A stretch of 64,000 nucleotides of DNA from Candidatus Bathyarchaeia archaeon (GTDB lineage Archaea; Thermoproteota; Bathyarchaeia; Bathyarchaeales; Bathycorpusculaceae): contig JBEKKX010000007.1 in NCBI GenBank assembly GCA_050010515.1, positions 1 through 64,000 on the forward strand, given 5' to 3'. The notes under the pieces are model-generated. The model had not been told where the DNA came from. It made no database searches and saw nothing but the letters and a program-made list of their open reading frames with translations. Shown one piece after another: positions 49,757 to 58,947 of the stretch; positions within the stretch are counted from its first letter, which is position 1, and each line of letters starts with the position of its first letter. A program made the position numbers and the translations under genes.

Positions 49757-50614
49757 TCATTGGCTGATTTTTTTAGAGCTTGTACCGTGTATATATCCTA
49801 AGAGCCAACATAATCTGATGATAGGATAGCTTAGCATCAATCTGGAATCATGCATTCTTAGAGCCATCTTAAAACTTGAAATTGGAGATTTAGCAAATCT
49901 AAGAAGGAGAGAACTTAGGTTTTCGTTTTCATATAAACTGAGGCTTTTGAGACGACTGTAAATTTGAGGTAAACTGGAGCCGTAAAAGTAATAATGTTTA
50001 AACTCATTCAAAAGGCCGCCATAATGTAAATGTAAACTTTTAACATTATAATCCACCAACCATTTATATCCCTTTGAATCAAGCAAATGGAAAACAAAGG
50101 TATCGATACCAGCAAAATTTACCTTTGGAAATCCTCCAATAGACCTTAAAGCCTCTGTATTCCAAATCGTATTATCTAATGTTTTTCCATAACCACCGTA
50201 AAAATCAATATCTTTCCTAGTTAACTGATAAGGTTCAACACTAAAGCAAAAATTATTTCTAGGAAGGAAACGCAGTCCACAAGCTGCACCAACACCTTCT
50301 TTATTCAAAATTAAAGCAGAAACTTTATTCCACCAATTACTGGACAAAAATACGTCTTGTTCAAAACTGCAAAAATAACTAGTTTGGATATGTTTAAGCG
50401 CTGTGTTCGCGGCGTCACTTATCCCTTTGCCTTCATTCTTTATAACATTCCAACCATATTTTCTTGCAACAGTAACTGTATTATCTTTACTACCATCATC
50501 AACAATCAATCTTTGATTAACAATATCTTTAGGGATAATCTCATTAATGCGGCTAAGGACGAGTGGTAAAGTTTTTTCACCGTTTAAAGTCCACATTACC
50601 AAATCAACTTTCAA
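49757..50614 (-). CDS. glycosyltransferase family 2
   Basis: VDDGSKDNT, EQD, IGGF; AT-rich. Confidence 0.88.
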   Translation of the reverse strand: MKVDLVMWTLNGEKTLPLVLSRINEIIPKDIVNQRLIVDDGSKDNTVTVARKYGWNVIKNEGKGISDAANTALKHIQTSYFCSFEQDVFLSSNWWNKVSALILNKEGVGAACGLRFLPRNNFCFSVEPYQLTRKDIDFYGGYGKTLDNTIWNTEALRSIGGFPKVNFAGIDTFVFHLLDSKGYKWLVDYNVKSLHLHYGGLLNEFKHYYFYGSSLPQIYSRLKSLSLYENENLSSLLLRFAKSPISSFKMALRMHDSRLMLSYPIIRLCWLLGYIHGTSSKKISQ

Positions 50615-50818
50615 TCCTTATCCTCCCCTAACAGGATATCACAGAAAAATCTGAGATGTGACTTTATTAATCTTCTTGTAATTACGTGGTGCCACACTCA
50701 AATTCGTTAGGCTCTGTTATTACTTGTTAATGTAAGCTTATAAGTGAAACCTCCTTAGGGTTAAGCTAAAATAACGATATCTAATAATCAAGAAAGTACG
50801 AGAATAGGCGGGAGTAAC

Positions 50819-51952
50819 TTGGCAAAATTCCTTGTAGTTCACCCATACTTAGACATTTACGGCGGAGGCGAAAGAGTTTGCCACAACGTAATCAAAACAT
50901 TAGTCGCTCACGGTCAAAACGTGGAATTGTTAACTTTTGATTTTGAAGCTGACCGGTATAGGGAGATTGTAGGCGAAGACTTTCCTCAAAGCGTCATTAT
51001 TCATTCTTTGGGAAAAAGAATTGAGGTTGAGCCACCATTCACCATCTATAAAAGGCGTCGCAGTTTTGTAAAATTACTAAAAAAGTATAGAGATAGCTTA
51101 GAATATGACTACTTGTTTTCCACGCAGTCATCCGCCCCGTTTGAACCTGTTTTCCTAAATAAGGCCAAAAAGAACATTGCTTATGTTCACTTTCCAGAAA
51201 TACACTTCGACTATGGCAGGGCTAGGCTGAGAAGGAGACTTTACCTCTGGCTGTTTAAGAAGTGGGTTGAACAAGGAATAAGTAAACTTGACATGGTTTT
51301 CTGCAACAGCAACTATACCAGAGAAATGATTGAACGTTACTGGAAAAGTCACGGTGTAAAAGACCCAATTGTTGTTTACCCACCTGTAAACTTGGATAAT
51401 TTTTGGTGCGATAAGCCACTATCGGAGAGACGTAAAAGAGTAATCTACGTCGCTCGTTTTATTCCAGTGAAAAGGCATGAAATCATGAAAAAGTTAGCCG
51501 CTGATTTGCCATCATACGAGTTTGTAAGCGTTGGCGGATTAATCGAGGCAGAAAAAGGCTGGTTTAACAAATTCTCAGAAAACTTGCCCCAAAACTATGC
51601 TTTGAAGACTAACTTGCCTGGACAAGACTTAGTCAAAATGCTTCATGACTCCCGAGTGTACGTGCATTTAATGGAGGGAGAACACTTCGGCATAGCACCA
51701 ATAGAAGGGCTAGCAAGCGGATGCTTAACGTTGGTGCATAACAGTGGGGGAATGGAAGAATTTATTCCAGAAGAATTCCGTTGGCAGAGCTACGATGATT
51801 TGAAAGAAAAAATTGTGAGATGCATGGAGTCAACAGAGCAAAGCGTGGAGTGGGAAAGAAAGCGAAAGGAATTATGGAGCAAAATTTCAGTTCTGAATCC
51901 AGAAAGCTTCCAAAATAGTATTTGGTCTCATGTGCAAACGTTAATCAGTTAA
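50819..51952 (+). CDS. glycosyltransferase family 4 (Alg11-like)
   Basis: GGGERV, YVHFP, NSNYT, EHFGIAPIEG. Confidence 0.9.
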   Translation: MAKFLVVHPYLDIYGGGERVCHNVIKTLVAHGQNVELLTFDFEADRYREIVGEDFPQSVIIHSLGKRIEVEPPFTIYKRRRSFVKLLKKYRDSLEYDYLFSTQSSAPFEPVFLNKAKKNIAYVHFPEIHFDYGRARLRRRLYLWLFKKWVEQGISKLDMVFCNSNYTREMIERYWKSHGVKDPIVVYPPVNLDNFWCDKPLSERRKRVIYVARFIPVKRHEIMKKLAADLPSYEFVSVGGLIEAEKGWFNKFSENLPQNYALKTNLPGQDLVKMLHDSRVYVHLMEGEHFGIAPIEGLASGCLTLVHNSGGMEEFIPEEFRWQSYDDLKEKIVRCMESTEQSVEWERKRKELWSKISVLNPESFQNSIWSHVQTLIS

Positions 51953-52049
51953 ATTTTATTTTTCCATCACGCATGTTAGCAAGCTATGACAAGAACTTTA
52001 AGTCGCATAATGGCAGAGGGTTTATAACTAAAATAGCATTTTCCCTTAG

Positions 52050-53573
52050 TTGGCAAATGAAGAAGCAATGATAAAGCTAAGAATCGACGTAGATTACCCT
52101 TACCCATCGAGGGCTAAAAGCTTTCTTTACCTAGCTTTAGGAATCAAAAAAAGAAAAAGTAAAGATTACCTGAAAAACGCTCGAGTCATTGCTAAAATGA
52201 TTAACGAATCGCCAAAAGAAGTTATGGCTTACTGGTTCTTTACTCCATACACAATCCCAGACAAAAAACTGCTCGACTTGCTGAATCCAGACAGGCATGA
52301 GGTAGCTCTACACGTTGCAAACGACCCATATCGCGAATGGAAAATCTTAGAAAATGAAACCAACCGAACGGTAAAGTACTATACCATTCATGGAACCTCA
52401 CGGTTACTTGCCCAGTTGTTGTGGGGACGAAAAATTGGGCAAAAGCAAGCTAAGGTTCCCAGCGATTTCCCGTTAACATCCTTCCAGGAAAACGTTATTC
52501 CCACAAAAAGTTTAGACTTTAGAAGCTATAGCCCGCGCGCTTTAGACGTCGTTAAAAAAGAAGCAGAAGAATTTATTAATCAAAATTACGTGTTGTCTAT
52601 TCATCCTGAATGGCTCTTTAAAAAGGAGAAAAAAAACCGTAGAGGACCATTTTATCGTGTATTAAAGAGTATTTTAGAAGTGGATAAGGACCTTGAAACT
52701 TTACGGATAAGAAAGAAAGTTTTCTTCAAAATAGCCCATGACATAAAAGAGTACGAAAAAAATATTGTTTCCACGGACGAGTTCATTGAGAAGCTAGGCG
52801 AAAGAGACATAGATATTTTCACTTTCCTTGACAGAAAATGGTGTTGCCCAATTCCTAATCCGCCAAGCACTTGGATTAAAAGCGAAGATAACGTTGGCTT
52901 GCTTGAAATAAAAGACTATGACGCTTGGTGGAGCGACATTGGAAAGAAAACTCGCAATATGGTTCGGCGGGCAGAGAAAAGCGGCATAAACGTGGCCGTC
53001 ATCCAGCCAAACGAGAAATTCGCTGAAGGCATATGGAAAATTTACAATGAAACCCCGATAAGGCAAGAGCGAGCTTTCCCTCACTATGGTGAGCCTCTTC
53101 AAACAGTCACTGGAAACATGTTTAAAGCCCAAAACTCCACATTCATCGGTGCATTTTTGCAAGAAGAGCTTGTAGGATTCATCCAAATAACCTACGGAGA
53201 CAGCATAGCTATCATTTCTCAGATTCTTTCGATGCAGAAGCACTGGGATAAAGCAGTAAACAATGCGCTTCTTGCTAAAGCGGTCGAAGTCTGCGCGTCC
53301 AAAGGCGAGCGGTGGCTAATGTATGGGCGAATAGGCAATCACCCGTCGCTTGATAGATTTAAAGAAAGCAATGGGTTTGTCAAGTTCCCAATAACACGTT
53401 ACTACGTACCTATAACATGGAAAGGCAAAGTTGCTATACGCTTAGGATTGCACAGGGAGTTTAAAGATGCCTTGCCACAGCCGCTTAAGGGTCCGCTTAT
53501 TCCAGTCTTTAACTGGGCGAGCAGAAATAAAATGCGATTCAAACATGGCTTAGTCAAACAAGTAAAAAGCTGA
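52050..53573 (+). CDS. polysaccharide-deacetylase-like domain fused to GNAT/FemAB-like domain
   Basis: RIDVDY, HEVALH, IHG and IHPEW, then KKTRNMVRRAEKSG...YG...SLDRFKESNGF. Confidence 0.7.
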   Translation: MANEEAMIKLRIDVDYPYPSRAKSFLYLALGIKKRKSKDYLKNARVIAKMINESPKEVMAYWFFTPYTIPDKKLLDLLNPDRHEVALHVANDPYREWKILENETNRTVKYYTIHGTSRLLAQLLWGRKIGQKQAKVPSDFPLTSFQENVIPTKSLDFRSYSPRALDVVKKEAEEFINQNYVLSIHPEWLFKKEKKNRRGPFYRVLKSILEVDKDLETLRIRKKVFFKIAHDIKEYEKNIVSTDEFIEKLGERDIDIFTFLDRKWCCPIPNPPSTWIKSEDNVGLLEIKDYDAWWSDIGKKTRNMVRRAEKSGINVAVIQPNEKFAEGIWKIYNETPIRQERAFPHYGEPLQTVTGNMFKAQNSTFIGAFLQEELVGFIQITYGDSIAIISQILSMQKHWDKAVNNALLAKAVEVCASKGERWLMYGRIGNHPSLDRFKESNGFVKFPITRYYVPITWKGKVAIRLGLHREFKDALPQPLKGPLIPVFNWASRNKMRFKHGLVKQVKS

Positions 53574-53587
53574 ACCTGCGTAGGCGC

Positions 53588-53857
53588 CTAAAGTAGAAGA
53601 TTGGTAAGGAGATTATTCAGTTCTTGCTTGTTCTTGATGCTTCTAAAAATAGCTTTTCCGCTTGAGTAGAGGCGGAAAGAAGTGTCCTGAAACGTTAATT
53701 CAAAAATTATCCCAGCTATAGTATTTTTCAATTGGGCTTTTTTTAAAATACGTGCGATGGCTTCATCCTTCTTGTCGTACTTGAAAACTACTATGACGTC
53801 TTTTTCTTCACCACATGTTCCTTCAATTCGGGCCACGTAATCTTCAACGGTTGCCAT
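53588..53857 (-). CDS. small conserved protein coupled to sufS
   Basis: Its ATG overlaps the sufS stop; contains TCG and LYSSGKAIF. Confidence 0.7.
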   Translation of the reverse strand: MATVEDYVARIEGTCGEEKDVIVVFKYDKKDEAIARILKKAQLKNTIAGIIFELTFQDTSFRLYSSGKAIFRSIKNKQELNNLLTNLLL

Positions 53858-55089
53858 TAAAAATGTTCGATCTCCTTTAAAACTTCAACGAAACGGTCAA
53901 TTTCTTCGCGTGTGTTATAAATGTAAAAGCTTGCTCGGTCAGAGGAGTGCAGTTTTAGAACTTGTTGATGCAGCGGCTGTGCGCAATGATAACCGCTCCG
54001 TATCATTATTCCGTAATTGTCACAGATGAGTGCAACATCATGTGACGATAATCCTTTAACGCTGAAAGGTATTATGCCGCATTTCTTGGAAAGGTCGAGA
54101 GAACCATGAATCGTAACTTTACTGCATTCTTGCATGCGTTCAACTGCATACTTAGTTAACGCTTTCTCGTGGCTTAGCACCTCGTCCATGCCAATAGCTT
54201 CAAGATACTTTACGGCTTCTGCTAAGCCAACGGCGCCGCCAACGTTAGGGGTGCCTGCTTCAAACTTCCACGGCGAGTCATTCCATATTATGCTGCAGCC
54301 TTTGCCTTGGCTAAACTCCACTTCCTTTACCATTTCTCCCCCACCTTGGAATGGCCCCATCTTCTCAAGCAGTTCCTTTTTTCCATAAAGCACTCCTATA
54401 CCTGTGGGTCCAAGCATTTTATGTCCAGAAAAAGCCAGAAAATCCATATCCAAATCCTGAACATTAACCGCCAAGTGCGGCGCTGACTGTGCGCCATCAA
54501 CCAGCATTAACGCGCCATTGTCATGTGCAACTTTTGCAATTCGTTTGACATCGTTAATTATGCCTGTAACGTTTGAAACATGGCTTAAGCAGGCAATCTT
54601 TGTTTTGCTTGAAAATTTGCTTTCAAAATCATCGTAATCTAATGTGCCGTCAGCATTTACATTGGCATATTTTATTGTGAAACCCTTTAGTTTAGAGATG
54701 ATTTCCCAGGGAACAATATTGCTATGATGCTCCATTAGGGAAACTAAAACTTCGTCGTCCTTGCGTAGGTTGCTTAGCCCCCAAGAATACGCAACTAAGT
54801 TGATGGCTTCCGTTGTACCCCTAACAAAAACAAGTTCTGAAGACTCTTTGGCGTTGATGAATTTTGCGATTTTTTCCCGTGACTTCTCATAAAAATCCGT
54901 TGCCTCCAATGACAGGGTATGGACTGCTCTGTGCACGTTGCCGTTGTGGTTTTCATAGAAGTCGCTTATGGCGTCTATTACTTGGCGGGGTTTCTGGGTG
55001 GTTGCTGCATTGTCAAAATAAATTAGGGGATTGTTATTTATTTGGCGTTTTAATATTGGAAAATCTTGACGAATCGCTTGGGTGTCCAC
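53857..55089 (-). CDS. sufS: cysteine desulfurase, SufS type
   Basis: DNAATTQKP, EHHSN, DGAQ, FSGHKMLGPTG, RSGYHCAQP. Confidence 0.95.
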   Translation of the reverse strand: MDTQAIRQDFPILKRQINNNPLIYFDNAATTQKPRQVIDAISDFYENHNGNVHRAVHTLSLEATDFYEKSREKIAKFINAKESSELVFVRGTTEAINLVAYSWGLSNLRKDDEVLVSLMEHHSNIVPWEIISKLKGFTIKYANVNADGTLDYDDFESKFSSKTKIACLSHVSNVTGIINDVKRIAKVAHDNGALMLVDGAQSAPHLAVNVQDLDMDFLAFSGHKMLGPTGIGVLYGKKELLEKMGPFQGGGEMVKEVEFSQGKGCSIIWNDSPWKFEAGTPNVGGAVGLAEAVKYLEAIGMDEVLSHEKALTKYAVERMQECSKVTIHGSLDLSKKCGIIPFSVKGLSSHDVALICDNYGIMIRSGYHCAQPLHQQVLKLHSSDRASFYIYNTREEIDRFVEVLKEIEHF

Positions 55090-55091
55090 GA

Positions 55092-55598
55092 TTACTTCTC
55101 TGCCTCTATCTTTAGCCTCTTAGACAGCATCTTTGCCAGCTCTTCTTCTTCCAGCGCCTGTTTTTCTTCAAAAGTGTGTTCCGCAGGCATCCAACTGGGT
55201 GCGGCTGCGCCTTTTTCTTTGTAGTATTGCCTGATTGCACGTTTTAGGGCGCCTACGGCTAGGACTCCGCAGTGGAATTTGACGCTTGGTAAGCCGCCGA
55301 TTTCCTCAGTTACTTTCTTCCAAGTTATGTCTTTCCATGCAGCTTCAAGGCTTAAGCCCTTAACCATTTCTGTAACTATGCTGGATGTGGCAATGTTTGC
55401 TGCGCAACCGTAACTTTCGAAACTTGCCCTCTCAATTATGTCTTGGCTGCTTATTTTTAGGTAGAAGGTTATCATGTCTCCGCAGGCTGGGTTTCCAGCG
55501 ACTGCTACGACAGTGGCATCTTCCATTTTTCCCAGATTCTTGGGGTTTCTGAATAAATCCATCACTTTTGGGTTGTAAGGTAGTGGTATACGCGACAC
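55092..55598 (-). CDS. iscU: IscU/NifU-type Fe-S scaffold
   Basis: GNPACGD, GCAANIA, KFHC. Confidence 0.92.
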   Translation of the reverse strand: MSRIPLPYNPKVMDLFRNPKNLGKMEDATVVAVAGNPACGDMITFYLKISSQDIIERASFESYGCAANIATSSIVTEMVKGLSLEAAWKDITWKKVTEEIGGLPSVKFHCGVLAVGALKRAIRQYYKEKGAAAPSWMPAEHTFEEKQALEEEELAKMLSKRLKIEAEK

Positions 55599-55600
55599 TT

Positions 55601-56824
55601 TTAATCAACTCCTGTTGAGCCAACTATCCCTCTTATTCGATTCACACCTGTTGGTAGAACTTTCAAAACGTAAGCTATATCCTCTTCTGTAAGATAACGC
55701 GTAGTTTTCATGAGTATACTGCCGTGTGCTTCACTGAATCTGCGGCCAATGGCGACAAGAACGTGGCTTGGCTGAAGCAGTCTTCGGCTGCACGCGCTGC
55801 CGCTGGAAACGTAAACTCCTTTGAGGCTTAACTCGATGGTTAGTGCTTCACCTTCAGCGCGTAGAATGCTGACGTTGGCGTTGTCAGGCGACCGCTTATC
55901 GCCTTTTGGACCATTAAAACGCAGGTCGGTGAGTTCGCTAAATATGCCGTCAACAAGCTTATCGCGTAACATTCGCATCTTAGCGGTGTTTGCTTCGAAG
56001 TTTTGGAATGCAAGCTCCGAAGCTTTTGTGAAACCGACGATTAATGGGGTGTTTTCGATTCCTGGCCAAAGCTTCTGTGTTCCAATTTGCCCTTCGAGAA
56101 TACGTTCCATGTTTATGCCGTCTCGCATGTACATTGCTCCCATGCCGCGTGGACCTTGAATCTTGTAGCTGCTGATTGTGGCTAAGTCTACCTTTAGGTT
56201 TTGCACATTAAAGGGAATTCTGCCATAAGCGTCAGAAGCGTCTGTGTGGAAGAGTGCTTGCGGGTTTTTGGCTTTAACAATGTCAACAGCTTCCTTAATC
56301 GGCTGCACTGTCCCAATCTCGTTGTTCACGGCTGAAACGCTGACAAGTATGGTTTCGTTGTCAACTGCTTCTTTGAGTTTTTCAAGGTTGATGAACCCTT
56401 CTTGGTCAACTGGGATTTTTGTGGTTGTGAAACCGAACTTCTGCATCATCTCAGCAACCTGCAACACGTTGATTGGTTCGATTTCGGATATGATGATTTT
56501 TTTGCCTTTGCTTTTTTGGGCGAAGGCTGAGCCCATGATGGCTAGGTTGTTTGCTTCTGTTTCGCTTGGTGTGAAAGTGATTTCTTCAAGGATTTTTGCG
56601 CCAATGGTCTTGCTGATTTTCTGGAAACTGTTCATTATTACTTCGAAGGCTTCCCAGCCGGGTTTGTGGGTTAATGTGGGGTTGCCGTAGGCTTTCTGGT
56701 TAAAGTAGGGCAGCATAGCGTCCACTATTTCTTGGGGAACTATGCTGGAGTTCTCGTTGTCAAGGTAAACTTCGTGTGTTATACCTTCATGCAGTTTAAG
56801 GAGTTCTTTCACGTTTTCAACCAT
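55601..56824 (-). CDS. divergent NifS/IscS-like cysteine desulfurase
   Basis: NNEIGTVQP, HTDA, SSYKIQGP, SSGSACS, PSHVL. Confidence 0.85.
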   Translation of the reverse strand: MVENVKELLKLHEGITHEVYLDNENSSIVPQEIVDAMLPYFNQKAYGNPTLTHKPGWEAFEVIMNSFQKISKTIGAKILEEITFTPSETEANNLAIMGSAFAQKSKGKKIIISEIEPINVLQVAEMMQKFGFTTTKIPVDQEGFINLEKLKEAVDNETILVSVSAVNNEIGTVQPIKEAVDIVKAKNPQALFHTDASDAYGRIPFNVQNLKVDLATISSYKIQGPRGMGAMYMRDGINMERILEGQIGTQKLWPGIENTPLIVGFTKASELAFQNFEANTAKMRMLRDKLVDGIFSELTDLRFNGPKGDKRSPDNANVSILRAEGEALTIELSLKGVYVSSGSACSRRLLQPSHVLVAIGRRFSEAHGSILMKTTRYLTEEDIAYVLKVLPTGVNRIRGIVGSTGVD

Positions 56825-56943
56825 ACAGTATCCTCCTGTTTTATGGGATAAGATAACTCATCACCTTGCTAGTATCTAGTTCAAGTAAAAAAACCTAACC
56901 ACTACTCAGTTTTTGTTCTCAATTGCTGTTGAATTACTTTAAC

Positions 56944-57369
56944 CTAGCAGATTGAATCTAGACCGCTTACTGCCTTTGCGTATGAGACAAGGTCTGGAGT
57001 ATCCAATTGGTCTAATGTTTTGATTTGTTTTTGAAGTTTGTTAATCAAGCCATTGGCATCATGATTAAGCTTCTGGAAAAGTTCTTTACCTTTTTCAGTA
57101 AGAAAATAATCGTACCTATACGAATTATAACCAGTTGCAGTTACAGTCTCTTTTAACAGCTTTACGCCGACGAGAGTGTTTATTGTTTCTGAGAGTTCTT
57201 CCGAATAAGGCCCGTAAAAGTATGACTTGTACTCAAATGTGAAAGGTATTTTTGATTTGTATTTAAGTACGCAAATTTCTTTTTGAATGCGTGTTCTGCC
57301 TGTAATTTTGTTGTTTTTGTGCGCACCGAAAACAGCAATCAAGAGTGCTATATCGCTATTGGCTGTCAA
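56944..57369 (-). CDS. YwgA/SocA(Panacea)-like winged-helix protein
   Basis: GRTRIQK, YFYGPYSEEL, YFLTEKG; overlaps the HD gene by ATGA. Confidence 0.75.
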   Translation of the reverse strand: MTANSDIALLIAVFGAHKNNKITGRTRIQKEICVLKYKSKIPFTFEYKSYFYGPYSEELSETINTLVGVKLLKETVTATGYNSYRYDYFLTEKGKELFQKLNHDANGLINKLQKQIKTLDQLDTPDLVSYAKAVSGLDSIC

Positions 57370-58676
57370 ATTTTAATCCCTTCAATGATTTGTTTTAAAG
57401 TTGTATTTATTATTTCTTGTTGCACTGGATCTTTTATTTTTGGGTCTGAGTAAATTTTTATTCTGCTTCGACTTTGTATCGCTCCAACTATACTGGATTT
57501 CTTGCGTAATTCTATATACTCGCCAGTTTCTACGTCTTGTTTATCAATTTGTATTTCGCTTGGTGCTTTGCTGGTTATGATGTCGCATATGTATTCATAT
57601 TCTGTCTTGTTGTGTTGTTCATTGAATTGTTTTGAGATCTTATCGCTTAATTCGTTAGATTTTTCTGTTTTTTTCAGCCCTTGCACAAATTCAGGGCTCA
57701 TTTGAAAATGCTCTTGATCTAATTCTTCGTCAAATAATGCGTTGTATACCTTGCCTGCTTTGATATTTGCAACTAATTCAGCGGATTTTCCACCAATGTT
57801 TGTTAAAACATTTAATAATTCATCGTCGTTTAATTCCAAAAATTTTTTAGTATCCTTAAACCTATCGATTATTTTTGAGTCAGTTTTGTTGAGAAGAATA
57901 GCTTTTTCGAGCATTTTTTCGGCTATGCGCGAGTCTTGAACATGATAAACAAGGTCATACATACTTTTCCAAATTACTAGGAATAGTTCAGTTGTAACAA
58001 TTGCCTGTTGGCTATCTTCTAAGCCGAGTTTACATTTGTTGAGGCATTCTTCGTCTCCTAAAATATTGTATGAACTTAAGAAATAATCAAGGTCAAAACT
58101 ATATTTGAGACCAACATGATAAGCGTCTCTTAATAGATAATCAAGTTTGTCTATGTCAAGTGGTCCGCTTATGATTTGAGAAAGGAACGGATAGTCATGT
58201 TTGCCTTGGACTAATTTTATTACCTGATTTTTATCAATCCAATTACCGAGATCAGACGGCAAAGCATTTAGAATTATATCTTCTGCTAAGTCCTCATGTG
58301 ACTTTCCTGAAATTTCTTTCATTGCATAATCGACTGCGTGAGAAAATGGGCCATGTGCAATATCATGTAAGAAGCCTGCCGCTATGAGTTCTTCCTCATT
58401 AGTTTTGAGATTTTTTTCTATAACGCGCTTATTTTTTTCACTCATTTTATAAATTAGTAAACTGTTGATTTTTTTTGCTAAGTACATAACACCTAGTGCA
58501 TGGGAGTACCGGGTATGAATTGCGCCTGGAAAGTCTATGTACGCTTTTAGACCAAGTTGTCTTATGAATAGCATTCTTCTTACAGCAGGTTCTTCTTTTA
58601 TCTTCACGAGCCATGGTGGAAGTTCTATTTTGCCAGCGATGGGGTCTGGAACTACGTGGACTCTTTGACTTGACAT
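57366..58676 (-). CDS. HD-domain phosphohydrolase (dNTPase-like), second paralog
   Basis: IRQLG, HTRYSHALG, LHDIAHGPFSH, DIDKLDYLLRD; AT-rich. Confidence 0.9.
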   Translation of the reverse strand: MSSQRVHVVPDPIAGKIELPPWLVKIKEEPAVRRMLFIRQLGLKAYIDFPGAIHTRYSHALGVMYLAKKINSLLIYKMSEKNKRVIEKNLKTNEEELIAAGFLHDIAHGPFSHAVDYAMKEISGKSHEDLAEDIILNALPSDLGNWIDKNQVIKLVQGKHDYPFLSQIISGPLDIDKLDYLLRDAYHVGLKYSFDLDYFLSSYNILGDEECLNKCKLGLEDSQQAIVTTELFLVIWKSMYDLVYHVQDSRIAEKMLEKAILLNKTDSKIIDRFKDTKKFLELNDDELLNVLTNIGGKSAELVANIKAGKVYNALFDEELDQEHFQMSPEFVQGLKKTEKSNELSDKISKQFNEQHNKTEYEYICDIITSKAPSEIQIDKQDVETGEYIELRKKSSIVGAIQSRSRIKIYSDPKIKDPVQQEIINTTLKQIIEGIKI

Positions 58677-58947
58677 GATGACTATTTTCTTGCTTTTGCC
58701 TAATCAATTTTTGCTATTATAGCAAAGGTTCAATCGTGAGGTAGGTTCTTTACCTGAGGTCTTTTATAAAGGCAGAAGTACCGATACAAATTGTAGCCAT
58801 TAAATCACTAATGGTGACCACAAGTAACCAAAAATTACTAATTTGTTTTTTCAATAGAACAAGACATCATCGGGCAAAAAACCATCAAGTTACTAAAAAA
58901 CTCTAATAACCCACGCAAACCCATACACACTAACAACTAACATCCTA

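Noticed and set aside
56830-58940. Terminal repeats around the HD/wHTH islet
   Set aside because: Only short A/T-rich similarities were found, which is insufficient for att or TIR calls.
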